A stretch of DNA of 62,827 nt, the filler included. It is 14 parts of 14 records of this genome, joined end to end, with 100 filler letters (N's around TTAATTAATTAA, not from the genome) between each part and the next. Parts side by side here need not be neighbours in the genome. Positions count along the whole stretch, not along the records: positions 1 to 3,382 come from SRR15195285_6821; positions 3,483 to 6,904 come from SRR15195285_6827; positions 7,005 to 13,540 come from SRR15195285_6830; 11 more parts are not named here. One strand, written 5' to 3'. Below, one piece after another: positions 1-11,025 of this stretch (position 1 is the first letter of the stretch; every line of letters begins with the position of its first letter). The notes beneath the pieces were generated by a model. It was not told where the DNA came from. It saw nothing but the letters and a program-made list of their open reading frames with translations, and ran no database searches. Position numbers and translations under genes: made by a program.

Positions 1-10
1 GAGTGTATTT

Positions 11-348
11 AAGGGGGAGTGACACACACAAAGAAGGGCTGACGCGACACCCTCGTGAAACAAACAGCCCCAGAAGCCAACTAGAGCCAACCAAGGCGAC
101 ACCTCGAGAGGCGGTACCTGGGTGCGTGTAAGTCCGTAGGTTTATCACCCCCTTCGCCTAAGACTTGACTTATTTGTGAGCCAGATATGGTCGTATCGAA
201 ACCGCGCGTGGTTGCGTGCCAAGCACGACAGTAGGCACGTGCTCTGCTTAAGGTAGGTTCTTTACAGTAAGGCACTAGCTCCTCCCTTCTCGCGCCAGTT
301 CTTGCTCGGACCATAAATCATGTGGTGGCGTGATTCCTCACATCGTCA
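11..348 (+). mobile_element. Probable 3' end of an LTR retrotransposon (copia-like): polypurine tract followed by a ~329-bp LTR
   Basis: AAGGGGGAG (11-19) is immediately followed by TGAC (20) and the segment ends in GTCA (345-348), giving TG...CA ends with a 4-bp inverted repeat. There is no convincing ORF, composition shifts abruptly to very GC-rich after 348, and it lies at a contig end. Confidence 0.5.
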
Positions 349-465
349 TTCGCGGCGGTGCGTCGCGTCCGTCCGTCGCTCCCGCGCCGCGCGTGCGCAT
401 GCGCGCGTCCGTCCCGCGATCGAGCGCGCGCGCGCGCGCTGATCGTCGACGAGATTGCACGGCCG

Positions 466-1812
466 ATGCTGTCAAGGGTGCCTCTGCTGGTGCAGCACAC
501 AGCCCGCTGCCCGCGAGTGTTGACCCATGCCCTGCTGCTGCATTCTCGCTCTGGACGGGGCGGTGGGGGCGTCCAGATGCGCTGCTTCTGTGACGGCGGT
601 CCGACAAGCTTCTACTCGTCGCAGAGTGGGGTGACGGTCGAATTGCCGACGGGGATCCATCTGCATGATGTGGGTCTGCAAGGAGTTCGTCTGCCAGCAA
701 ATGAGTCAGAGCGCACAGCGTGGGAGAAGATCCTCACATCGTACGCGTCGAGCGACAGGATTCGTACAGTACAGCTGCCTGGTGCACTTGCTGCTGACGA
801 GACCTCCGGGGCAGCTTGGGCAGAAAGCCTGCTGCTAGGCTTAGACACAGCTGCCGCGATTTCCGATATAGACGGCGCCACCAGCAGCTGGAGCCGCAAC
901 TCCATTGTTGCTGTCACCGCAGCGGTGGGGAAGGTGGACGGGCTTGACCCAGATGAAAGTGTTGAAGCTGCGGTGGGAGCCGCTGCCGAGGTACATGGAA
1001 TGCACTCGCTCGCACTTGCAGTTGTACAACCTTGTAGTTGGTTTTGCGTGCTGGCCGCAGCTACCTTTGACGCCACCGTTCTGTTGGGTTACTGTAGGCT
1101 AGCGACGCCGGATTTCGAACGAGAGCACTAGTCGTGGGTGCCATTGGTAGCACTGGTGGGCACACTCCGGACGTGTACGAGAATATGTCACCTTAGTCCT
1201 GTTCCAGCGCATTTGCTGACAGTTTGGTGTCTGGCAACAAATGCTGCTCCTCAGGTACGACGTGCAGTCGTGGGTGGCAGAGCTGGCAGACGCCGGATGC
1301 GAAGCCATCACTCTAGGAGTCGAGCCTGATGGCGATGAAGACGACGTAGAGGAGGTGATCACCCTCTGCAAAGAACTTGACGTCCTTGGCGTGCCGATGC
1401 GATACCGGCTCGGCCTGCGTTTCGACCGCGACTCAGATGATTGGGCGCTTCTTGGTAACCGCGTGCACATCGCTAGTTGCGCAGCTCGCCATCTGCTATT
1501 TCCTCGTTTCGCGTCTATACTCTCTCGGCGTTGCTCACTCTAGCTGTGTGATCTTGTGCGTTTGCAACGGGCCTTTTGTTCATAGGAATGATCGAGCAGG
1601 CGCTGGATGCGGGCGTGATACATTTCGACACTTGTGCCAGGGGTCGAGAAGCTGTACTCCCGTCGGTTTTGTTAGCCGCCATTGGCGGCGCAGGTGGCGA
1701 TCAAGCGTCGGATGAGGGGGCGGTAATTGTGCAATCGTTTTCCATTCTCACGCTTGCCATTTCGCGTCTGCCAACGCTCAGTTTCGCCCTCGATTTTAAG
1801 TGTTCCCCATAA
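466..1812 (+). CDS. HMG-CoA lyase-like (DRE-TIM) protein, catalytically degenerate, with probable mitochondrial presequence; at least 4 exons
   Basis: GT-AG introns 991-1097, 1175-1254 and 1455-1585 give ...AAAE-ASDAGFRTRALVVGAIG...VAELADAGCEAITLG...LGLRFD...GMIEQALDAGVIHFDTCARG, which follows the HMGL pattern. The N-terminus is Arg/Leu/Ser-rich. The 3' end is uncertain (1799 or 1812). Confidence 0.6.
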
Positions 1813-1968
1813 TAGGATTGAGCGCACGCCATGTTATCGCAGGACATGGCTACCCAAGCGCACTTGGAGTTGCATAACCTCCTCGTAGGGTAACCAATCG
1901 CTAGTGTACATTCAAATCTATAAAGTCGGCAACGAAAGGTTCCCGTGCCCGAGTTGGAGCTTCGCCAC

Positions 1969-3382
1969 TTAGTGTTGTGATTGCAGCGTTGTGAAGATTC
2001 GCTGTGCTTTCGCTTTTAGTTCCACCGGGGCGTTCATATCCACTTTGTCCGGGTGCACCAGCCGCAATACCTGCATTTTTGCCCTTTTGGTGCTTGCTGG
2101 CAGAGCCCCGGCCGCTGCAACCTTCGCAGTGGCCGGAGGCCAGACCTGCCCAATTGTGCGCAACATCTCGGCAAGGCTCTTTCGCGCAGCCCATTGGTCT
2201 ACCTCCGCGTCGACTCGTTTCTGCACGCGAGCAATCTCCTCTGCATCTCTCGCTTTCGCTGCCATCTCCACGCGCAGTTCTTTTAGCCGTTGCTCCTGCC
2301 GTCGCTTGAGCTCTTGTCTTGCCTCCTTCTCGTCTGCGATATTATGCGAAGTCGATGAGCTCACACGCACACCATCGTCACCCCCGAAGATGTAGCGTTG
2401 AGTAGCAGTGCTACGCTGAACACGACCACGAGGTGCCTTCCGCAACGACGACTCTGTCTCTGCTCTGCTGTGTTCTACTGTAGATGTAGCTCGCCGCCAG
2501 GCTGCCTCACGCTCACGGGCACGCAGAATGTCACGACGACGCTGCGCTTCCTCCTTTGCGCGCTGTTTGAGCTCCTCTTGCCGCCTCTTTACCTCGCGCT
2601 GTAGCTGCGCCTCGTTCTGCTGATGTTTTTTAGCACGACTCACTGCGGCTTTCTGCTCCGCCGCCTCCAATGCTGACCGCGAAACCGCGGCAGCACGCGC
2701 TGCTGCCTCGGCCTCCTCAGCCTGCAACCGCATTTGGTCCCGGCGCTCCAACCCATCGTGGACGGTCGTGTCATCCCCAGGGAGCAGCGGAGTCCGACCA
2801 ACGCGGATCGTCTCGATCTGCGCGCGAAAGACTGCATCCTGTGGATGGCTCCAACTAACCTCTTTCGATTCTGTACAGTAATAATAAAATTTGCCTGAAT
2901 CCTCGTCTTCGCGCTCGTTCCACCCACTGGGGCAAGGCGCATTCATGGCTGCTGCTACGACATCCAAGCAGTCGACTTCACCCGGCGAGACGCTCATATA
3001 CACGCAGAATGCCAGCAAGTCTTCCAGGTCGTTGTCACTGAGTGCTGATGCACCAGGCCAGCTATGTCGTAGTACAAGTATGTGCGCTGCAGCTGTGGCA
3101 AATCCATCTGGGTCGCTGGAATCTGCAGCGCTCGGAGGGCCGCTGCGTTGAGTCTTCGCGTCCATATCGTCCTGACTTTCCTGGGTGCCCTCACTCTGAG
3201 CTTCAGAGCCACTGTCTTCGTCTACATTTACCACACCTGCCCCGCTCTCGTCACCCTGGTTGGCATGCAGGTCATCGTATGCGTTTTCGGTGTCTTTTTT
3301 GTCTGACTGGTCGCCCGAGGAGTGTAGGGCGTCCTGTGCCCCCGGCTCCGGCTTTGGCTCCGGCTCCGGCTCCGGCTCCGGC
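1969..3382 (-). CDS. WW-domain (CEP164-N-like), coiled-coil and auxilin-type J-domain protein, 5' truncated
   Basis: WW motif APCPSGWNE...GKFYYYCTESKEVSWSHPQD; C-terminal KRAKMQVLRLVHPDKV...AQRIFTTLQ with HPD; the frame stays open to the contig end. Confidence 0.7.
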
Positions 3383-3482
3383 NNNNNNNNNNNNNNNNNN
3401 NNNNNNNNNNNNNNNNNNNNNNNNNNTTAATTAATTAANNNNNNNNNNNNNNNNNNNNNNNNNNNNNNNNNNNNNNNNNNNN
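3383..3482. other. Artificial contig linker (first of 13; others at 6905-7004, 13541-13640, 17782-17881, 22227-22326, 26630-26729, 32332-32431, 36500-36599, 41201-41300, 44871-44970, 50592-50691, 55206-55305, 59355-59454)
   Basis: Identical 100-nt N-TTAATTAATTAA-N spacers that put stops in all six frames. Confidence 0.98.
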
Positions 3483-3519
3483 TTCCACGCTAGTTCCGAA
3501 ATTCACCGCACAGCATCAC

Positions 3520-5514
3520 ATGCACAGGGATGCCAGTCCGTTGCAATTGCTGTACGCTTCTGCACATGTGCAGCCTGACCATTGGGACGACAGCCGAAGC
3601 CCTTCTTTCCTCGGCGATACGCGCGGAACCATCCCATCATCTGCGACACAATCAATGCCATCACTCGCCAATGAGATCGAAATGCCTAGCCACAACAGCA
3701 CCGACATCTGCAGCGGAGATAGCAATGATGCTTCCACAGTAAGAAATCGCAGCAATGATACCAGGAGCAACGACTCCGGCGTCCTAATCGCTCCTCTCGC
3801 CGTAGTTCCTCCCGATATTTCGAATCACAAGCTGCAACAACGTGAGGTGAAACTGGAGCTAGAGCTACAGCGTGCAGAGATGGCAGCTGAGCATCAGTGT
3901 CAGCTGTTGATGGCACAAAATCAGCAGAGGGCTGTAGAGGAAGAGCTTGTGGCACGTGAACGTGAGATTCAGACGATGCGTGCACAGCTAGAAGAGCGGC
4001 GAATCGATGCACTGAACGAGGCACGTGCTCAGGCTCAGAATCTGCAAGCTTCCGCGGCGATTGAGCGTGATGCACGACAGCTGCTAGCAGGTTTGCGAGC
4101 TGAAAAGGACACGGAATGGCAGGTGAAATACGAAGAGATCGCTAGAATGTACAGTGTTACTGCAGCTGAGCGCGATACCGCTTTGGCAGAGCGCGACCAC
4201 TTGGCTAGGCAACTGGAAGATGCACGCAACCGTGAGGAGTCTACACGGTGTGTACACGGCAGCATGATGATTCGAAGGGTAAACAAACGCTTGATGGTGG
4301 CGTGTATGCAATCATTATGGTCAATGGTTGTGACTGCGAAAAGGTTGCGCCGTGCTGCCGTGCAGAGGCGCGTCCGACTGAAGTCGGCTAGCTTCTGGGG
4401 TTGGTTTCGTGCCACTCAACAGGGCAGGATGCTGCACCGACTACAACAGCGCTGCGAGCGACGATTCCTGCGAATGCGTTGGCAGGCGTGGATCAGCATC
4501 AGTCGACGCGGGGCGCTCACACGCCATGACGAAGACTGGCAGGCACGCATGGGTGCGCTGCATACACATATGGCCATAGAGTTGCTGCGGAGAAGACGTC
4601 ACAAAGTCTTGCTTGCTTGCCTCTGGACCTGGAGACGGAAGAGTACACTCACACGGCTACTTGGGCGTCACCTGGGACGAAACGAGACTGCCAGGATCAG
4701 CCAAATTATCTCTGAATGGCGTGTACAGGCGGGACGTTGGAAACGGTCTAAGTTAGTCAGCATACAATGTCTGCGGATACCCAAAGCCCGAGTACTATTG
4801 CGTTGGCGTGAGGCCGTAGTCGCTGAATTAGCTCTTCAGGATACTGGTGGTTTGATTACTGCCAATCATGTGCACCGTTCGTTGAGCACCAGTCTGAAGG
4901 AGTGGGCGCGGTTTATACTGCTGCAGCGACAACGCAGGCGAAAATGTGACGCAATAATGTGCCGCGTGTACAAGCTCAACTTGCGACGATGGTTTCTGTG
5001 GTTTGTAGTATCATCGCATACGCGCCGTCGCTTGCGCTCAATTCTTGTCCGTGCACAGACGCGTCGGAACCAACGAATGCGGGCCAAAATTGTTCAGGCA
5101 TGGGCACAAACTGCAGCCTCGCATGCACACCAATCTGGTCATCGCCGTTGGAAAGGCAGAGAGCTGCACAATCTCGGCTTAGATGTGGGTGGGATGTTCG
5201 AGGGCGGCGAAGTGGCAGTTGTTGCGAAGGCACTTGCGCAACAAGCTCGCATAGAGACTCTGGCGGCGGCAATGCCAGGAATGTCGTCCCTGTCGGGATC
5301 AGTAGCACGTGGTAGCCAGGGCACGACGAATCGAATAGAAGAAGAAAGGCACGCACGGGTGGCAATCTTGCAGAGCGAGCACCGTATGATTCTTGATGAG
5401 TTGCGCGCGGGGCCACCAACTACTGGGATTGCTGATTCGCTCAGAGGCACTTTGTCAGAGGTGGATGCTGCTGCCCGCCGCTATAGAAGAATTGTCGAGG
5501 AGAGTGTACACTGA
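3520..5514 (+). CDS. Coiled-coil protein with Sfi1-like centrin-binding repeats (possibly 5' partial)
   Basis: 664-aa ORF with a coiled coil, then periodic basic Trp repeats (FWGWFRA, RWQAWIS, LWTWRRK, SEWRVQ, LRWREA, KEWARF, QAWAQT). Confidence 0.6.
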   Translation: MHRDASPLQLLYASAHVQPDHWDDSRSPSFLGDTRGTIPSSATQSMPSLANEIEMPSHNSTDICSGDSNDASTVRNRSNDTRSNDSGVLIAPLAVVPPDISNHKLQQREVKLELELQRAEMAAEHQCQLLMAQNQQRAVEEELVAREREIQTMRAQLEERRIDALNEARAQAQNLQASAAIERDARQLLAGLRAEKDTEWQVKYEEIARMYSVTAAERDTALAERDHLARQLEDARNREESTRCVHGSMMIRRVNKRLMVACMQSLWSMVVTAKRLRRAAVQRRVRLKSASFWGWFRATQQGRMLHRLQQRCERRFLRMRWQAWISISRRGALTRHDEDWQARMGALHTHMAIELLRRRRHKVLLACLWTWRRKSTLTRLLGRHLGRNETARISQIISEWRVQAGRWKRSKLVSIQCLRIPKARVLLRWREAVVAELALQDTGGLITANHVHRSLSTSLKEWARFILLQRQRRRKCDAIMCRVYKLNLRRWFLWFVVSSHTRRRLRSILVRAQTRRNQRMRAKIVQAWAQTAASHAHQSGHRRWKGRELHNLGLDVGGMFEGGEVAVVAKALAQQARIETLAAAMPGMSSLSGSVARGSQGTTNRIEEERHARVAILQSEHRMILDELRAGPPTTGIADSLRGTLSEVDAAARRYRRIVEESVH

Positions 5515-5639
5515 ATGCATCATCTATTTTGGTGAGCGAAAGCATAGTAGCACAGTAGGCTGATACATTCAGCAGGGCCTGACTTCCATACAGCCGTACT
5601 GGCAGTAAATGCAGTAGAGCCAAGCACGCACGTGTTGTC

Positions 5640-6880
5640 AATCAAGCAGGATCGGTGATAAGCGCGATGAGTATGTCGTTCGGGGACTGTGCTGACGCCA
5701 CTGCTCATTGCTAGCACGCAACTGACCGAGTATGTTGCTTACACTCGCAACCGATTCAGATAATCCGACGTGCTCAACGGCGAGCGATCGGGACAGCTGC
5801 ACGCACACACGTGGCACAGGGTATTGGGTGAGGATGATCTGTGGATATGTACAATGTTTCTAGCAATGATGCCAAAACGATCACTCCAGGCAAGATGTTG
5901 CTTGCGCATGCACGCACTGCCGATCGCGCCCTGCGAGCCGAGCCAGATGTTTGATATCTCTGCTGTAACCGAAGCTGTGCTTCTTGATGGATCACCTCTT
6001 GCTTGCGTTCCATTAGTCCCCTGCCACAGCATGTTGCACATTGTTAACACCTAAGCATTCAACAGGGTTCGAGATGCCATTGACCATCTACTGCCGCGCA
6101 CCGCTGCTATCTTAGGACTGAGGCTTCCGTGAGATACACGGTAGAGCAGTTGCCACAGCATCTAGTCTATGGCCAGCCTCAGGAGGAACACGCACCGAAG
6201 CACCGCCGCTTGAATTTCGAGTCTGCTGCCTTCGCCTTGGTCTGCAAGTGCCGAATGATTCACTGCTTGGACATCCAATCGCGGCGGTGCCACCGCAGCG
6301 AAAGGGGCAACGTTTCCCCGCACTATACCGTTGCTAGACAGCTGTAGAACCGGAGCTGACTTCGCTCCCGTGCGGGCGGCATCACGTTCTATTCGACTAT
6401 CCAAACTATCGTGTAATGTCCGCACTCTGGCAGGTGAACTATCGGCCGCGGGCGACACTGGCACTCGAGTTGTTTCAACTAACCTCCTGCGGACTGTTTC
6501 CCTCCGGTTGGCTCGAGCGGAGGCCTGCGCTGACTCGAGTGATCCCGACCCTGTTCTATGCAGGACCATGCCGGTCTGAATTTGTGCTGCGTGTCGCTGA
6601 CTCTGGCGATTTGGCGGCGACGAGATCAGGCCCCGTGGTGTAATCGATCGAGAAAGCGCTGAAAGCGACGTCGGCTCGCGCGACGGTGACTGCGCTCCTT
6701 GGACTGCGCTTAGCCCGTGGCGACGAGTTGGAGAGTCGCGCCGGGCAGGCGACGCGATCCTGAACACGCCTGGGGACAGTGGTCGACGCCGTTCTGCACA
6801 GCAGCAACAATGCGACTCGAGCTGTCACTGGACGACTACTTGGCAGCCAGCTATTTGCACGCCAGCCGTGTGTGTGTGTG
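5640..6880 (-). CDS. Hypothetical spliced Ser/Pro/Arg-rich protein, partial; boundaries approximate
   Basis: 201-aa ORF 6162-6767 plus smaller downstream exon-like segments; no recognised domain. Confidence 0.3.
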
Positions 6881-7397
6881 TGTGTGTCTGTGTCTGTGTG
6901 TGTGNNNNNNNNNNNNNNNNNNNNNNNNNNNNNNNNNNNNNNNNNNNNTTAATTAATTAANNNNNNNNNNNNNNNNNNNNNNNNNNNNNNNNNNNNNNNN
7001 NNNNCAGCCTTTTCTTTTACCCAAAAGATCAGTACCCCCTTCCTATCCGGTATGAATGGTAACACATATGATTCACTTTACTGCGAGTTTTGATCAGCGA
7101 ATTGCAGATGTGAAAACCTCAGAACAGGACAAAACTACGGTCTACGCTCGAACACCGCACTCACAAATCGACCGGCGCGCGCAATCCCAATGATGTCACT
7201 CAGCGCGTCGGGCTGAGAGCGCTGCTGGGCTGGGCCTAGCGCTGACCGAAGGACTACGCCGCGGCGGCAGCGGGGAGCCAGCGGCAGCGGGGAGCGAGGG
7301 TGTTGACGTGGCGCGCCCCGTGGGTGTGTGGGAGTGTGGAGGGAAACGGGGCTGAGCAAAGGCGAATTTGGCGCCAAAAATCGGACCTCGGAGGACG

Positions 7398-7906
7398 TGA
7401 TGGACGTCATGGACGTGGATGAGGAGATGGACTGCGGCATCGCGTCGCTGTGGGAGGAGTCGTCATCGATGACGGAGGCCGCGCCGACTGCGTTCGCGTC
7501 GTCCGCGCCGACTGCGTTCGCGTCGTCGATGGAGGCGGAAGCGCTGCGCCGCACCACGCCGCTCTTCGCCGCGAATTGCGGAGACGAAGTCTGCGGCCCC
7601 GCCTGCGCCTTCATCCGCCACGGCGTCGGGAACGTCTTCCACTGCACCGTGCACCCGGGTGCAATACACGTCTGCGACATGCGCTGCAAGTTCCGCGAGG
7701 TGGCGGTCTCCGACACCGGTGCCATCTCGTACAAGTGCCGCATCTCAGGCCTGGTGACGACGAAGCGCCTGCTCTTCAACACCACCCCTTCCGCACAGGT
7801 CAACAAACGCGGGGCGGAGGAGCACGATGAGCAGTACACGCCCAAGGCGTTCACGGGCGGCGCGTTCGCGAACCAAAGCTTTGGGCAGCGCCCTCGGTTA
7901 GGGTGA
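7398..7906 (+). CDS. Small Cys/His zinc-binding protein with a herpes UL92 / plant SKIP31-like domain
   Basis: C-x4-C-x3-C...NVFHCTVHPGAIHVCDMRC...YKCRISG matches the remembered UL92-type pattern VFxC...HVCD..C...C.ISG; strong GC3 bias. The 3' end may be spliced. Confidence 0.5.
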
Positions 7907-8150
7907 AGGCGACGGTCGCTCCCCGAACACCGGCGAGAGCGCCGTCGTGCCGGGATGTCAGAGCCTCACGAGCACCGGGTGTGCGCGTGAGTGCGTGTGC
8001 CGGAGGATACCAGAGAGCCGCTCCAAAGCGAGGGCGTTGTAAACCAGACTACAGTAGCGCGCGTGTGAGGAAACGCTCCTGCAAGCGAAGATATTGTTAA
8101 CTAATGAGAACACGAGCCGCGGTACTGTCTGCACAGCGTCCACCCTGCTT

Positions 8151-10375
8151 TTACCGACCGCCTCCGACCGCCTCTCCAAATGGCTCTGGCTCACCCTCTC
8201 CGGCCCCGCCGGCTCCGACGGCTTTGCTTCGCCGAAAATTTTGCTTCAGCGACACCAGGCTCTCGATCCCGCCGGCGATGGCGCTGCCGGCGCCTGCTGC
8301 GCGGTTCACCCACTTCGGCAGCTCACCCACACCAAGCTCGTGGCAGAGACGATTGCAGAAATGACAACAGTTGTGGTCCAGCTGCGAACACACGCCCACA
8401 CAGCTGTCAGCGCCGTATCACATCACGGACACACGTGGGATCTGGCAACACCATGCGCACAAGCACGCAGCCAGGCAGCCAAGCAGCCAAGCAGCCAAGC
8501 AGGCATTTGCACACCATGTCGTAGCTGTCGCCCATCCATTCGTCCTCGAGTTGCGCCAGCTTCTTGTCTACTTGCACGCGCGACAGCGTCGTGAAGCCCA
8601 GGGATATCTTCTCCCGGTACGTGTGCATATCGCACAGCATCGGGAGCCCGGAGAACACCCCCGTTGAGCCGTCATCGTTCCATCCAAACGACCATTCCCA
8701 ACCAAATATCTCGACCGCGACGTGGAAAGCACCAAGCGCCTGGGTAGGCGGAGGCCAAGGCACAACGCACACCATAGTCAACATATGAGCGTGACATCTC
8801 TTCTGCCCTGATGAACGCGGCTACACGTAGGCTGACAACCTGTTCAGGCTGCAATGCAAGATGTTTGCGGTATATTACCTGCGTGTTAATCGCTTTCAGC
8901 GCCCTGAAACCTTTGGATTCCGCGGCGAGGCCCAAGTCATAGACGTGCAGCACCACATCTACCGTCACCGGCTCATCTGGGTTTGTGACTGGCTGGTCTG
9001 TTGGGAGGTGGGTCGAACAACGTCTGCCGAATGCATGTCGTGCCGGTGTTCTGTACTCCACGTACTCCACACCACCGTAGAGCCCACGCCCAAATTCAGG
9101 TCGGGGTGCACGCTGAGCGCCGGCAGCGCCACTCGCTCCTTTTGCCTTCGCAGCTGACGGCGCACAGTCGACTGCATTCCACGACCGCAGCGTGCCCTTT
9201 GACGATGCAGTCACGAGCTTTTGCACCACCCCGCTGCGGTCTGGCTGAGCACTGAAGCTCGAAATGGCTGCTACACCAGAGTGGTGAGCCTTGCACTTTC
9301 TAAGCACAGCGGCGGTCGAGGCATCATATGCGATCATCAGACCGTCCTCGAATCCAACCCAGACCACCACAGCTGGGCCGTCACGTGCACTCTCAATCGC
9401 AGTGACCCATCTCCTGTCCGTGTGAGCAATCCAAGGACCCCTGATCAGCTCAGCACCTGCGCGCTTCGGGTTCCACTGTGCTACGCGCCCATCTGTATGC
9501 CCGGTCCAAACTGACGAACCGTTTTCTACCCCCGGCTGCGCACCCGCGCCGTCTGTACGGTCCCCAATCGTAACCACGGCCGCACAGACGAGGTGGTTGC
9601 CTTCTCCATCTGGCAGTACTTGGAGATGCGCATGCGAGATTTGGTCCCATCTGTAAACGACACCACGCCAGTGTTACTGCTTATGGCGCAGCTAGCAAGC
9701 ACTGAAGGCGTGAGTTGGAAGGTGTCGATCTCAGCCACCAATGACTTACACGTGAGATCCTCCCTTGCCGCTGGAACCCGACCATATGGTGCCCTCACTT
9801 TCGACGGAGAGCAGGCAGCGCACGTCACTGCCTCGGCTGCCCTGCCATTCCAGCTCCACGGTCGCATCTGGCTCGTAGAACGGGCAGCCTAGTTTCGTGG
9901 TACGGACTGCCGGGGCGCTGGCGATCTCGTCAATACTCCAGCAACGGATGGTGCCGCGGCTAGAACCAGTCCACACCTCGAGACTAGGCGTTACAAGGAT
10001 CGTCGATACGGCGGACCTGTGTGCTGCGAACTGGCGATCCAGCCGGGGTTCCCACGAGCCCGAGTCCACGACGATCTCGCTCACCCGGCCATCGCTGTGC
10101 GCGCACCACACGCTGGTGCGCTCCGCTGTTTGCTGCACTACCATGTCTTTCACTGACGTGCGCGACTTCATCGGGACGCTGTGGGTGTTGAGGCCAGTCC
10201 GCAGGTCCCACGCGCGGACGTTGGTCGAGCCGCTGAGCAGCATGTCGCCCACCGTCCGCAGACATCGGATTTCGCCTTTGCTCACCGTTTCACTCCACTG
10301 ACCGTCGCTACCACACGTGGTGCTCTCGGCCGCAACCAGCGCCAGCTGCTCATCCGCATCATCGCTCCGGAACAT
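8151..10375 (-). CDS. WD40-repeat and PPPDE (DeSI-like) peptidase fusion, about 4 exons
   Basis: WD40 motifs (AHRSAVSTI...VWTGSSRGTIRCW; VWTGHTDGRVAQW; AHHSGVAAI...GTLRSW). C-terminal VVLHVYDL...GAFHVAVEIFGWEWSFG...YDM/LDHNCCHFCNRLCHELGVGELPKWVNR retains the His/Cys dyad. Confidence 0.8.
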
Positions 10376-11025
10376 CCAGGCGAGGCTGCGGGCCGACCGC
10401 ACGCCTCTCTTCGCCTGCCGAGCTCCCTGTCCCTCCCAGGAAGGGCTGCAGCCGTCCCTTCTGCAGCCCAGACCGCCTGTGCAAGCTCAGGGGGGCCCCG
10501 GTGGCGTGCTACAGCCCCAACCCCAACCCTAACGCTAACCAAACAAAAGCCGCCGCCAGATCGCGTGCCACTGCCAGTGATCGTGAGGGGCCCACGTGCG
10601 TTCGAGGGGGTGACTGCTGACCCACTGACCGTCACACTCTGACTCTGACTCTCACTGGTCTCAGTCTCAGGCTCTCACAGGCTGCCTGGGTTGGATTCGC
10701 TTGGTAGGAATCCAACACCGCGACGATCGAAAACTCACTGATCAAGAGATTGAGATACCGGGTTCACTCCCGTTGACCACCTCCCTCTAGCTAGGATCCT
10801 ACGCGTATCCCGCATACTATACGGCATAGCTACCGGTATGTAATTTCAGGGGGAATTTCGCAATTGTTCACAGTTCAGCGCTGCAGGCACTCGAAGACTG
10901 TAGACTCGATTGCTTGTGCGACCCTGACGGCGCGCGGTGAAGGGCCGTACGCACCTGACCCAAGAGCCGCGCCCTCGGAGCGAACGAAGCGAGAGCATGG
11001 CCTCGCACGTACCTACGTGGTGGCG

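Noticed and set aside
10513-10542. Telomere-like CCCCAA/CCCTAA run
   Set aside because: Only about four degenerate units, internal to the contig.
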